A DNA stretch of 24,000 bases from Synechococcales cyanobacterium VAR_4_metabat_354 (GCA_031414775.1 JANOQI010000022.1:43418-67417); one strand, 5' to 3'; numbered from the stretch's first letter, positions 7,428-17,056 are shown. Numbers and translations are program-made. Notes: generated by a model not told the origin, from the letters alone.

Positions 7428-9932
7428 TTAAGTCAACATACTATTCCCTAGTAGCCGTTGATACCTATCGTCTAACTCCGATCGCAACAACGGCAATTGA
7501 GTCAGCCCACCCTCCATTTTCATCACCTGATCTGCCGCCTCTCGTGCCAATCCCAGCACATCACCATCTGCCACCAAACTAGCCAAAGCAAAATCAGCCA
7601 GCCCAGACTGCCGACTCCCCAACACTTCCCCCGGCCCCCGCAATCTTAAATCCATCTCAGCAATCCAAAAGCCATCCTGAGATTTTTCTAATACTTGGAG
7701 ACGCTGCTTGGCATCAGCCGAGTTACTTCCACTCATCAACAGACAAAAAGACTGATAGCTACTCCGTCCCACCCGACCGCGCAGCTGGTGTAACTGTGAC
7801 AAACCAAAACGTTCAGCATTTTCGATCATCATCACCGTGGCGTTGGGGACATCCACACCTACCTCAATCACTGTCGTCGCCACTAAGATCTGGGTTTCAT
7901 TATTCCGAAAAGCCGTAATAGCGGCATCTTTATCGGCGGAGGACATCCGACCATGTAGTAAACCCACCTGGAATTCTGGAAATACTCCCGTGGCCAATCG
8001 TTCGTGTTCAGCAATAGCCGATCGCAAGTCCAATTTTTCGGACTCCTCAATCAACGGCAGCACAATATAAACTTGCTGTCCCTTGGCAATTTCTCGCTTC
8101 ATCAAGTCGTAGGCACTGCGTCGCTCCCGACCATTAATCATCGTGGTTTGAATCGGTTGCCGCCCCGCCGGTAATTCATCGATCTGACTAACATCCAAGT
8201 CGCCATGCAAAGTCAAGGCCAAGGTGCGGGGAATGGGAGTGGCAGTCATGGTCAAGACATGCGGTTCTTGCCCTTTTTGTTGAAGTGATGCCCGTTGCTG
8301 CACTCCAAAACGATGTTGTTCATCAATAACTACCAGTCCCAGCTGGCTAAAATTTACCTTATCCTGAATCAGGGCGTGGGTGCCGACAATAATTGACAGC
8401 TCGCCCGTCTCTAATTCGCGATAGATTTGTTTGCGTTTGGCCGCTTTAGTCGAGCCAGTGAGCAATTCTACCGGTAAATGTAAAAGATTAAACCAGGATA
8501 CAAACTTGCGATAGTGTTGCTCGGCCAAGACTTCAGTGGGTGCCATCAGCGCTGTTTGATAGCCGGACTGAATCGCCGCCAAAATAGCCATCACAGCTAC
8601 TACGGTTTTCCCCGAACCAACATCGCCCTGTAGCATCCGGTTCATAGGATTGGACTTTTGTAAATCTTGTAATATTTCACTAACCACCCGTTCTTGGGCG
8701 TTAGTAAGGCTGAACGGTAAAATTTGCCGCAGCTGATCTAACAACGAATTTTCTGGTAGCCGCACCGTAACGGTGGTTTGCTGGCGAAGCTGTTGCCGTC
8801 GATCCAAAAAGCCCAGCTGGAGATAAAAGAATTCGTCAAAGACTAAGCGCCGTCGGGCTTGGTCTTTGGCTGCTGGGCTATCCGGAAAATGAATACTCGC
8901 GATCGCTTGGGGCAACTCCAACAAATCGTATTGAGTAAGAATATCAACCGGCAGGGGATCTTGAATCAGTGTCGCACTGGGTAATGCCGACACCATTGAC
9001 CTCCGGACTAAATCAGCACTAATCCCTTCGGTGAGCGGATACACTGGCAAAATTCGCCCCACTCGCATGGAAGAAATTGTTTCCTCCCCCGCGCCTAATA
9101 CTTCCATTTCCGGGTTGTCGAGAGTTAGACCATACTTGCCCTGGCTTTTGACTAGGCCGGAGGCCGCAACTAAGACTCCTGGCGAGAAGCGTTTTTTGAT
9201 CATCTCTTGCCAGCCCCGGCTGCTATAACGACTACCCGCATAGAAGCGACCAAGCTTAATTTGACCAGTTGGATCGCCCAGTACCATTTCTAAGATAGTC
9301 AACTTAGTATTTTTGGCGCTGGTAAAGCAACTACAGCGCTTGACCTGTCCCACCAGTGTGACAGTTTCACCCACTGCTAGCGATCGAATGTCTACTTGCC
9401 GAGCGTAGTCAATGTAGTCGCGGGGATAGTAGAACAGCAGGTCACGCACATAGTACAAACCCAACCGAGCCAGACTTTCTGCGGCTTTGGCGCTGATTTT
9501 AGGGAGGTCTTTGAGGGGTCGATCGAGTGCGACTACGGTATCGATCGATTGGCCACTATCCTCACTGACGACAGCACTGACAAAAGGGGTGGGTTGCTGC
9601 TTTACGGTGGGCATAGGAGCCATGCTTGGTGCCGGTTGTTGGTCGTTCCAAGCAACTAGCTGGGCTTGGGCATCTGTCAATAGGCGATCAGTAATGGCTA
9701 GTAACCGCTTGCGCTCACTCACCGTCAATTCTGGATAGTGCGAAAATTCGCGAGCGAGGTCTCGCCATTGTTCTTGGTCAGGGCGGAGTAACTGGGCGGG
9801 GGGCTTCCCCAATGTGATGCAAAGAAACTCACTAAACTGGTACTGTTGACCAACTAAGTCAATGAATCCATGCTGGGATTCTACGGCGAGGGCTTTGTGT
9901 AGTCTTGACCAGTTAATCGATTCAGACATCAT
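7428..9932 (-). CDS. recG: ATP-dependent DNA helicase RecG
   Basis: 834 aa. Present are a wedge/OB region, Walker A GDVGSGKT, DEQHRFG (Walker B/DEAH-like), TATPIPRT, and QLRGRVGRS (motif VI). Confidence 0.95.
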   Translation of the reverse strand: MMSESINWSRLHKALAVESQHGFIDLVGQQYQFSEFLCITLGKPPAQLLRPDQEQWRDLAREFSHYPELTVSERKRLLAITDRLLTDAQAQLVAWNDQQPAPSMAPMPTVKQQPTPFVSAVVSEDSGQSIDTVVALDRPLKDLPKISAKAAESLARLGLYYVRDLLFYYPRDYIDYARQVDIRSLAVGETVTLVGQVKRCSCFTSAKNTKLTILEMVLGDPTGQIKLGRFYAGSRYSSRGWQEMIKKRFSPGVLVAASGLVKSQGKYGLTLDNPEMEVLGAGEETISSMRVGRILPVYPLTEGISADLVRRSMVSALPSATLIQDPLPVDILTQYDLLELPQAIASIHFPDSPAAKDQARRRLVFDEFFYLQLGFLDRRQQLRQQTTVTVRLPENSLLDQLRQILPFSLTNAQERVVSEILQDLQKSNPMNRMLQGDVGSGKTVVAVMAILAAIQSGYQTALMAPTEVLAEQHYRKFVSWFNLLHLPVELLTGSTKAAKRKQIYRELETGELSIIVGTHALIQDKVNFSQLGLVVIDEQHRFGVQQRASLQQKGQEPHVLTMTATPIPRTLALTLHGDLDVSQIDELPAGRQPIQTTMINGRERRSAYDLMKREIAKGQQVYIVLPLIEESEKLDLRSAIAEHERLATGVFPEFQVGLLHGRMSSADKDAAITAFRNNETQILVATTVIEVGVDVPNATVMMIENAERFGLSQLHQLRGRVGRSSYQSFCLLMSGSNSADAKQRLQVLEKSQDGFWIAEMDLRLRGPGEVLGSRQSGLADFALASLVADGDVLGLAREAADQVMKMEGGLTQLPLLRSELDDRYQRLLGNSMLT

Positions 9933-9944
9933 AAAAAGTAGCAG

Positions 9945-10736
9945 CTAATCTGTCGATTCGGTTAATGAGTGAGATTCGGGTTCAGCATTACCAAACCAGC
10001 TGTGATGCCAGGCTGATTCGGCGGCTCCTACTTGCAGTTTTTGGAGCTGGCGTTGATAGCTATGGTGCAGACTAGCTAGCTGGGATTCTAAAGAGTGAAT
10101 TTGTTTGCGTAGATGCATCACTTGTCGATCGGCAAATTCCATTTCGACCAGCTGTAAAAAGATTACATGAACTGGCCTCACGACGGTGGTATCTAGAGTA
10201 TCGAGAGCATCTTGTTCAACGAACACTCTTAAAATATGGGGACGATTAATACTGCTTTCTCCCGTAGCCTCTACCTTGGCCGCCGCTTCTAAAACCTGCC
10301 TGGGTACCTGTTGAGGAATAACCCGCGCCTGTTGGAGCAGATAATTTAGTTTTTTGGAAAGACTGGGCAGAGTATGACTAATTGCTTCTTCGAGCGTTTC
10401 TTGCCAATCTAACAACTCACTAGGATCATTGAGCTGATCGATCGAATGCAGCTGACTCAACAAATCAATAATAGAGTTAGTGATCGCTCGTCGCAAAGAT
10501 CGCTGGAGCTTTTGTTGATGGCTGGGTGCTAGCGCCAAAAATTCTGGCGGATAGCAGTTAGTGCAAATACAGTAACAGGCTTGAATCCCTTGGTGGCGAA
10601 CAGCCTGAGCCAAACTAGTCAGGTAATTACTGTAGAGTTGATACAGTTCAGCTCCCAACTTTTGGCTGCGGCTACCCAGTTTGGCCATTTCTTGGTTAAT
10701 TTGAGCGGTGCTGTGAGCAGTGCGTGATTCACCCAT
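9945..10736 (-). CDS. Conserved-looking hypothetical protein with a CxCxCxxC cluster and a Gln/Leu-rich helical C-terminus
   Basis: 263-aa ORF that fills the space between the protease gene (9-nt gap) and recG (12-nt gap). It has no competing ORF of similar length. I recognise no family. Confidence 0.6.
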   Translation of the reverse strand: MGESRTAHSTAQINQEMAKLGSRSQKLGAELYQLYSNYLTSLAQAVRHQGIQACYCICTNCYPPEFLALAPSHQQKLQRSLRRAITNSIIDLLSQLHSIDQLNDPSELLDWQETLEEAISHTLPSLSKKLNYLLQQARVIPQQVPRQVLEAAAKVEATGESSINRPHILRVFVEQDALDTLDTTVVRPVHVIFLQLVEMEFADRQVMHLRKQIHSLESQLASLHHSYQRQLQKLQVGAAESAWHHSWFGNAEPESHSLTESTD

Positions 10737-10745
10737 ATTGTGAGG

Positions 10746-12131
10746 TTAGTATCCCGAAGACTGTGGACTAATTGTTTTATTGTCGTTGGGTTTAAGTGCC
10801 GAGTTTTGAAAAACACCGATGGCGGCTTGATAAGCTGAATCTTGGTTGCTGGCGGCTAAATCTGGATTGTCAGTAACCTTCTGTTGCTCAGTGGCACTTA
10901 AATTGACTTTGAGGTTGGGCGCAACACCTTTATGACCAATATCAGTGCCATTCGGGGTGTAGTAATGAGCAACCGTCACGGCCAAACCCGATCCATCACG
11001 AAGACCATGCACCGACTGCACTAGGGCTTTCCCAAAAGTAGCTGAACCAACGATGGTGGCACGGGCATTGTCTTTGAGTGCACCAGCAAAAATTTCGCTA
11101 GCACTGGCTGAATTACTATCTACCAACACGGCCACTGGCAGGTTAGTCAGAGCGGTTTGATTGGCTCGGAACTGTTCATCCGTACCCTTGCGATCGACAG
11201 TTTTAACAATCACCCCACTATCTAAGAATAACCGGGCGATCTCGATACTATTTTGTAATAAGCCACCCGGATTACCCCGCATGTCTACCACAAAAGCATT
11301 AACTTTTTCTCGGTTCAAAGCTTTAACAGCATTCTCCATTTGCTTAGTCGAGTTGGCACTAAATTCAGTCAATTTAATGTAACCAACTTTCACTTTATTT
11401 TCTTGCTTGGCTCGATAAGAAACCGAGGATACTTCGATCGGGGCAATGGCCACCGACACTTCAAATATACCCCTGCCACTGCGGGACAGTTTGAGCTTCA
11501 CCGACTTCCCAACTTCGCCCCGAATTAGTTTAATGGCCTCACTGGCCGTTATCTTAGCGAGCGGTTTACCATTGATTGATATCAGGGTATCGCCAGCCTT
11601 AATACCAGCTTGCGCAGCTGGTGAATTATCCGCAGTATCTGTCACCACCAGTTTTTTGGTGGCACTAGCTGTATTCACAATTTCTTCTAACCGCAAACCA
11701 ACTCCCACCATTTCACCATTGGTTTGACTAGTCAAAGATTGATACTGGGTGGGACTCATGAAGCGAGTGTAGGGATCGTTCAGCTTGCGAAGGGCTAGTC
11801 GAATCGCATTGTAGGCATCAAGACGACTGGTGTAATTGCGATTTAGCAAATCTTTGCGGACTTGCACCCAGTTTGTTTTGTTAAAAGTTCCATCTACATA
11901 TTCCCGATTAACCACTTGCCAAGCTTCATCCACCAAAGCTTTGGGATTATCTTCTAACTTGTCCGTTGAAACTGCTTTTAATTGTTTTACAGTTGGTTTT
12001 ACTATCTTTAATGGTTTAACCGCTTTCGATGGTAAAGCAACGACTTCGATCGAGAGCGCAGTCGTCCAGGTCATCATGCCGCTGAGCAAAATTAATGATA
12101 ACTGGGTGAGTTTTTGAGAAGATAGCTGCAT
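10746..12131 (-). CDS. Carboxyl-terminal processing protease (peptidase S41A, Ctp family) with PDZ domain and signal peptide
   Basis: 461 aa. The hydrophobic N-terminus is LSLILLSGMMTWTTALS and the PDZ-like region is GDTLISINGKP. Catalytic-region motifs are RGNPGGLL and SASASEIFAGALKDN...GKALVQ (Ser/Lys dyad context). The paralog (CtpA, B or C) is not assignable by eye. Confidence 0.9.
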   Translation of the reverse strand: MQLSSQKLTQLSLILLSGMMTWTTALSIEVVALPSKAVKPLKIVKPTVKQLKAVSTDKLEDNPKALVDEAWQVVNREYVDGTFNKTNWVQVRKDLLNRNYTSRLDAYNAIRLALRKLNDPYTRFMSPTQYQSLTSQTNGEMVGVGLRLEEIVNTASATKKLVVTDTADNSPAAQAGIKAGDTLISINGKPLAKITASEAIKLIRGEVGKSVKLKLSRSGRGIFEVSVAIAPIEVSSVSYRAKQENKVKVGYIKLTEFSANSTKQMENAVKALNREKVNAFVVDMRGNPGGLLQNSIEIARLFLDSGVIVKTVDRKGTDEQFRANQTALTNLPVAVLVDSNSASASEIFAGALKDNARATIVGSATFGKALVQSVHGLRDGSGLAVTVAHYYTPNGTDIGHKGVAPNLKVNLSATEQQKVTDNPDLAASNQDSAYQAAIGVFQNSALKPNDNKTISPQSSGY

Positions 12132-12301
12132 ATGCTAGGAATATCCGGCGATAGTTGGAGGAATTGATGATTAATTCAGGTGGGCAGACCTTGTGGAATG
12201 ATGATCAACTGCCATCCTGGAAATAGCAAAAGTATATGGATGCATCTACCCATATTAGCTTTCTCTGCTGGAATTTAAAGGGTAGTAATTTCAATTCTAC
12301 T

Positions 12302-13099
12302 CTACACAGCAATTTCACCAATTTCCGTAACATTCAGCCGAGCTAATGCTAAGACTGGAGATATTTGGGATCGTGGATGGTCATCTTTGGTTAGTCGATC
12401 GCACCGGCTAGCAAAGTGACAAGTGGTACAGAGCTGGCTGCCGATTGGAACTTGAGGGAAATGCTGCTGACGTTGATAATCTTCTAGCCATCGATCGAGC
12501 TGTTGCAAAATTCGTTGCAACTCTTGATGAGTTTGCTGGTGCAAGGTATGACTGTATTGAAACTTGGCAGATTGAGGCTGGGGCTGATTCAGCACAAACC
12601 AATAGGTAAAAGAAATATCAGTTGCTAGATAGTCGCTAGTTGCGGCCATAACGTAAAGATACAGCCTGGTTTGCCAATCCTGAGCCAATCTTGCTAGGTG
12701 ACGTGGTTTGCTGTAAGTTTTCCAATCAATAATCTGAGCCGTGGCTCCCAACAGCACCAAGTCGTAAATAGCAGTGAACAAATAGTCGTTGATCAGCAAA
12801 GTACGGACGTGCTCGCTGTCTCTGGTCACTTGCGGATCAGCGGCAAATAGATCGGGAGCCACAGTAATCAGGTTATGGACAGTTTGAGCCAGCTGCGGAT
12901 TGGTAGCTAAAAACGGCTCAATAGGCAAGCCCAGTTCTCGTTGTTGCATCAAACGATGAAAGTCACTGCCCCATTGCATATTGGTGCGCTGTTCGGGAGC
13001 CAGGGGAGCGGCGAGTAAGTCAAGATAGGTATGCTCAAATTTGCGCGGACATTCCGTTAAAACTTTAAGATGACCTTGGGAAAGGCGTTGGATTTTCAT
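12302..13099 (-). CDS. PD-(D/E)XK nuclease, Cas4/RecB-like, with predicted 4-Cys Fe-S cluster
   Basis: The track ORF is 12302..13192. I prefer ATG 13099 (MKIQRLSQGHLKVLTECPRKF...) because the longer form overlaps the Uma2 gene by 37 nt. Nuclease-core motifs are D (IYDLV), IIDWKT (DxK) and QTRLYLY (QxxxY). The Cys pattern is C(ECPRKF)...CTTCHFASRC, i.e. C...CX2CX5C as in Cas4/AddB nuclease domains. Confidence 0.75.
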   Translation of the reverse strand: MKIQRLSQGHLKVLTECPRKFEHTYLDLLAAPLAPEQRTNMQWGSDFHRLMQQRELGLPIEPFLATNPQLAQTVHNLITVAPDLFAADPQVTRDSEHVRTLLINDYLFTAIYDLVLLGATAQIIDWKTYSKPRHLARLAQDWQTRLYLYVMAATSDYLATDISFTYWFVLNQPQPQSAKFQYSHTLHQQTHQELQRILQQLDRWLEDYQRQQHFPQVPIGSQLCTTCHFASRCDRLTKDDHPRSQISPVLALARLNVTEIGEIAV

Positions 13100-13155
13100 C
13101 AGTGACCGTGCATTAATAACTGAAACGTCAGAACTAGCACCTAATATTGTTTTTG

Positions 13156-13809
13156 CTAGGGTGAACTCTGGTTGATTAACGATCGAACCCAATTGCGAAA
13201 AGCCTTCACCAACTCTAAATAATCCATTGATTCAGCTTGCTGGAGAAATCTAGCCAATTCTGGAATTGGCAGATTTGGAAAAAATTGACTACCTGAAACT
13301 GTGACATAGCTGCCATTTTGCAAATGTTGGATCGCCAAAGATATACCATCGTAAATCCAAATCTCAGATACCCCCAAATCGGCGTAAACCTGAAGACGAT
13401 TGGGAGAACTATTCGTAACATCAATCTCTACAACTAAATCCGGTGCTGGATCCTCAGCCAGATCGAGCCTTTTTTTTCCTTGCACTGCCCCAATCTGACT
13501 AATATAAAAGCATTCGTCCGGTTCGACGCCACTAATATTAGATCGCTTGAAAGTAGTCGAGCCGAGAGGATAAATTCGGAGGTTAGTTTCTTCCGCCAAA
13601 GTCTCCACAAAACGTCCCAGGACTTTCTTGCTGAGTTCGTGTTCTGGAGAAGGGGTCATTATTTCTAAGTAGCCACGATTATAAGTAAGCCGCAGATGTC
13701 GATCGCCTAACTCAGTTAGCAATGCTTCATAAGTCTGCCAGCTAATCCCCGCGAGCTGAATGCTCTCATGTGAGGTTTTTTGCAAGGTAGTCGTCATCAA
13801 TGATTCCAA
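13156..13809 (-). CDS. Uma2-family (DUF820) putative restriction-endonuclease-like protein
   Basis: 217 aa. ISWQTYEALL...LRLTYNRGYLEIMTPSPEHE...GVEPDECFYI...PDLVVEIDVTNSS...YADLGVSEIWIYD matches the Uma2 pattern that is abundant in cyanobacteria. The start may be the M at 13797. Confidence 0.8.
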   Translation of the reverse strand: MESLMTTTLQKTSHESIQLAGISWQTYEALLTELGDRHLRLTYNRGYLEIMTPSPEHELSKKVLGRFVETLAEETNLRIYPLGSTTFKRSNISGVEPDECFYISQIGAVQGKKRLDLAEDPAPDLVVEIDVTNSSPNRLQVYADLGVSEIWIYDGISLAIQHLQNGSYVTVSGSQFFPNLPIPELARFLQQAESMDYLELVKAFRNWVRSLINQSSP

Positions 13810-13854
13810 AACGCGCTACTAAATATTGCTATTGTACCGAATTGATCCATGAAA

Positions 13855-14451
13855 TTAATTTTTGGTCAAGACAAATACACTACCCTGATTGCCCCGACTG
13901 ATCCGCAGATTGTCATCTAAATAGGTAATGTCTAACCAGCTATTAGGGTTATTGCTATTGATCGGGAAATCGATCGCTATCAATCTTGAGCCTGAGCTAA
14001 TTTTTTCAATAAAAGTTGCTGGTGATTGATAACCCAACAAGTTTTGAAGACCGACGATCGATCGAACAAAATTGACCTGCACTCGCTGCTCACTAAGCGG
14101 CTGAAATTTAGCTACCACGCTCACCAAACTACTCAGATAGGGCAGACTCTGAATTTCGGCAATGTTATAGACACTGCTAGTTTCCACCCGAATACACTGA
14201 TAAATTTCACTCAACTGCGACAGCGGTAACTTGCCCAAATTGAGCAAACTGGCGCTCGTCGTAAACAGCAATCGCCAGTCGCCATCCAGCGCAGCCGACT
14301 CCAATGGCCGAGCGGTCGGGTTGCTACTTTCGACCTCAGCGATCGCCGCTAAAATTGCAGCTTTCTCAGATTCACTAGCATTTAATCCACAATTCTTATC
14401 AGCTAGCATATTCAATAAATCAGCTTTAGTTATCATAATTTTCTCCTGCAA
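13855..14451 (-). CDS. PAP/fibrillin-family (plastoglobule/lipid-associated) protein
   Basis: 198 aa. KADLLNMLADKNCGLNASESEKAAILAAIAEVESSNPTARPLE...LDGDWRLLFTTS is the characteristic fibrillin N-terminal pattern. Confidence 0.85.
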   Translation of the reverse strand: MQEKIMITKADLLNMLADKNCGLNASESEKAAILAAIAEVESSNPTARPLESAALDGDWRLLFTTSASLLNLGKLPLSQLSEIYQCIRVETSSVYNIAEIQSLPYLSSLVSVVAKFQPLSEQRVQVNFVRSIVGLQNLLGYQSPATFIEKISSGSRLIAIDFPINSNNPNSWLDITYLDDNLRISRGNQGSVFVLTKN

Positions 14452-14542
14452 TGCTGGCTGATAGCCGATAATGTAAGGCGGCCAGAGAAAGTGTTAGACT
14501 CTTACCTGGCTACTTCTAGATAAAGATGTACATCTAAATATA

Positions 14543-14788
14543 ATGTCAGAACCCTTCGTTAATCCAGCGCTGACCGAGCGTCCTCGTTTTCAGCCCGCCC
14601 CAGTCATTTCTGTGCATCGCGACACATCGATCTTGGATTGGTTAGAAGCCCGTGGACGGTTGATCGATCGAGACGAAAAAGATATTACTCAGCCAGAATT
14701 TCCACCAGACAACTTTGCTGATGATCTTATGGAAGGTGATGACAACAACTTTGAAGAAGATGCAGCAGAGGAAGAGGAAGAAAGCTAA
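14543..14788 (+). CDS. Small acidic cyanobacterial protein (resembles DUF3134 from memory)
   Basis: 81 aa. NPALTERPRFQPAPVI...TSILDWLEARGRLI is followed by a strongly acidic tail (EEDAAEEEEES). The family name is recalled, not verified. Confidence 0.55.
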   Translation: MSEPFVNPALTERPRFQPAPVISVHRDTSILDWLEARGRLIDRDEKDITQPEFPPDNFADDLMEGDDNNFEEDAAEEEEES

Positions 14789-14820
14789 GTCTGCAAGCTA
14801 AGGTTTTCTCCAAAATAACC

Positions 14821-15915
14821 ATGACAGAAAATATATCAGAAAGCAGAGGATTTCAGCCCACCGGGGTGCAGCTCCTCTGGAGTTTAGGCTTTATTACTAC
14901 GGCCTTTGTTGCTTTCCTCGACTGGCGCTTTCAACATGGTGCGACGACTTCCTTACTCATTCCTTTTGCTGGCACTGCCTTAGCTGTGGCTGCTTTAGGT
15001 TTTTGGGCAGTGCCTCGGCTCAGTGAGTTGAAGATGGGTCAGTTTATCCGCGAAGATGGTCCCCAAGCCCATCTCCAAAAGGCTGGCACTCCCACAATGG
15101 GCGGCATATTTGTGGTACCGGTTGGTCTAATTACAGCTATTATTTGGTCAAACTTCCAGGCTGATGTTATCGCTGTTTCCTTGATGACTGCTAGCTATCT
15201 AGCGATCGGTGGGGTAGATGACTGGAAAAGTCTCAGTAATGGCCAGAACGAAGGTCTCACGCCCAAAGGTAAACTAGCCTGGCAAGTCGGAGCAGCAATC
15301 GCTTTTTGTATTTGGGTAGCTACCTCCCAAAGCGCCCAACTGACCACCGTCCGCTTACCTTTTAGTATTTCTGTGCCCCTCGGGTTGCTGTTTTGGGGAT
15401 TAGCGGTGTTTGTGCTATTGGCTGAAAGCAACGCTACTAACCTCACCGATGGAGTCGATGGTCTCGCTGGTGGCACCGGGGCGATCGCCCTCTTGGGGAT
15501 GGCCGCCGTCACTGGGGTTACTCATCCAGCCCTGTCCCTTTTCTGCATTTGCCTGAGTGGTAGCTATCTGGGATTTTTGGTGCACAACCGCAACAAAGCC
15601 CGGGTTTTTATGGGAGATACTGGTTCTCTAGCCCTAGGTGGCGCTTTGGGTGCAGTGGGGATTTTGAGTGGCAACTTGTGGGCACTGTTTGTGCTGAGTG
15701 GAATATTTTTTGTTGAATCCCTGTCGGTTATTTCTCAAGTTGGTTATTACAAAGCCACTAAAGGTTCTGATGGCAAGGGCAAACGCCTGTTTAAAATGGC
15801 ACCTTTTCACCACCATCTAGAACTGAGCGGCTGGGCAGAAACGCAAGTGGTGGGAGTTTTTTATGTAGTGAATGCGCTACTGGCGATTATCTGCTGGTTA
15901 ACGCGCGTTAATTAA
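14821..15915 (+). CDS. mraY: Phospho-N-acetylmuramoyl-pentapeptide transferase
   Basis: 364 aa polytopic. Motifs present are KAGTPTMGG, NATNLTDGVDGLAGG, FMGDTGSLALGG and APFHHHLE. Confidence 0.95.
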   Translation: MTENISESRGFQPTGVQLLWSLGFITTAFVAFLDWRFQHGATTSLLIPFAGTALAVAALGFWAVPRLSELKMGQFIREDGPQAHLQKAGTPTMGGIFVVPVGLITAIIWSNFQADVIAVSLMTASYLAIGGVDDWKSLSNGQNEGLTPKGKLAWQVGAAIAFCIWVATSQSAQLTTVRLPFSISVPLGLLFWGLAVFVLLAESNATNLTDGVDGLAGGTGAIALLGMAAVTGVTHPALSLFCICLSGSYLGFLVHNRNKARVFMGDTGSLALGGALGAVGILSGNLWALFVLSGIFFVESLSVISQVGYYKATKGSDGKGKRLFKMAPFHHHLELSGWAETQVVGVFYVVNALLAIICWLTRVN

Positions 15916-15956
15916 GCCAATCTATCTATAATTATTTTCCTTATTAAGTTTAATTT

Positions 15957-17021
15957 ATGACCACCAACGACAGTCCCACTCCTCCTGCCGATTTCGATTC
16001 TGAAGCGATCTTGTTGCGTCTGCGCCGGAAAGAAGGCAGTTGGGTGGAGTGGGGACAATCCTGTCAGCTTTTGCAAAAAAATGGCTACGATACCCAGCAG
16101 ATTTTTGAAGCCAGCGGCTTTGAACCCATTCATCAAAATCAAGTGATCGTAGCAGCTCAGGTATTTGGTAGCATCACGGAAGTGGGTGTGAAGCCAGAGA
16201 CAGAGAATCACTTCACTCGGGTGGGTAGCGATAGCCTCTACGAGTTGCGGATCCTCAGCAAAAAAGACCGGGCAGCGGTGGCTGAGTTTTTGTGTGAGCG
16301 GAATATCAATGCCAGTGGCTCTAAAGAAGTAGCCAAAGCAGTTAAAGAATTTGCTGATTTGCGGCAATTACCCACCGGTTTTACTGACCATCCTGGTGAT
16401 GCGGTGGCTTACCAATATTGGCGTTATGCCAAGCAGCAGCACGATCTCATGGACAAAACCCGGCTAGTAGCTAGAGGCTTGTTGTTCGCGCACACGGTAT
16501 CGGCTCGCCAAGAGGTCGAAAAGTTGTTAGGTACGATTAGCACACCCACTAAATCTCGACCGATTTTACCCTTGCATCGGCTAGAGAGTGATGAAGATCT
16601 ACCGCGCTTTGTGCCAGTAGCTGGTAAGTTGCCGCTAGGTAGCCAAGTGTTGATTGATCTGCCCACCGTACAAATTCTCAATGCCTTTGGGATGATTTGC
16701 CCAACTGCGGCTAATTGGGTGGGTTTACCGGGTTGGCAAACGGTTTCGATGGCGGTGAGTCCGGTGGTAATTTTTACTGTCAATAAAGAGCTGATTCCGG
16801 ATGCCGAGACCGAAGAAGAAATACTATTGCTGATCGATCGAGCCGTGACTGATTGGGATGAGAACAAGTATTTTGCGATCGATCAGGGTGGACAAGTCGC
16901 CGTGGACTGGTTTAGCACCGCCCCTAGTGAACCAATTTTGGGTCAGGTAGTATTAGTTTTGCGCCCCAAGCGAATGCTGGCGGTCAGTAATCAAGATGCT
17001 CTATGGCAGAATGAGGAATGA
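15957..17021 (+). CDS. raf1: RuBisCO accumulation factor 1
   Basis: 354 aa. LRLRRKEGSWVEWGQSCQLLQKNGYDTQQIFEASGFEPIHQNQVIVAAQVF is the conserved Raf1 N-terminal domain as I recall it from cyanobacterial Raf1. Confidence 0.9.
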   Translation: MTTNDSPTPPADFDSEAILLRLRRKEGSWVEWGQSCQLLQKNGYDTQQIFEASGFEPIHQNQVIVAAQVFGSITEVGVKPETENHFTRVGSDSLYELRILSKKDRAAVAEFLCERNINASGSKEVAKAVKEFADLRQLPTGFTDHPGDAVAYQYWRYAKQQHDLMDKTRLVARGLLFAHTVSARQEVEKLLGTISTPTKSRPILPLHRLESDEDLPRFVPVAGKLPLGSQVLIDLPTVQILNAFGMICPTAANWVGLPGWQTVSMAVSPVVIFTVNKELIPDAETEEEILLLIDRAVTDWDENKYFAIDQGGQVAVDWFSTAPSEPILGQVVLVLRPKRMLAVSNQDALWQNEE

Positions 17022-17056
17022 TAGAATAGTAACAGAATGTAAACATCCTGATTTTT

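Noticed and set aside
12167-12226. 19-codon micro-ORF (MINSGGQTLWNDDQLPSWK*) with a GGAGGA motif 4 nt upstream, on the + strand between two minus-strand genes
   Set aside because: It is too short to evaluate, antisense to the local transcription direction and without a recognisable motif. The GGAGGA may be fortuitous. I cannot support it as a gene without conservation or ribosome-profiling data.
12132-12301. Possible structured RNA or terminator in the 170-nt spacer upstream of ctp (GGTGGGCAG...CTGCCATCC, ATATGG...CCATAT)
   Set aside because: The stems are short or mismatched, no U-tract is present and the spacer resembles no RNA family I know. It is most simply the ctp promoter and 5' UTR region.
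13100-13192. Longer N-terminus of the Cas4-like nuclease (MGSIVNQPEFTLAKTILGASSDVSVINARSL...), overlapping the Uma2 gene by 37 nt
   Set aside because: The family-typical N-terminus (MKIQRLSQGHLKVLTECPRKF) starts at the internal ATG 13099. The extension is probably read-through of the intergenic region. It is kept as an alternative because neither start has a clear RBS.
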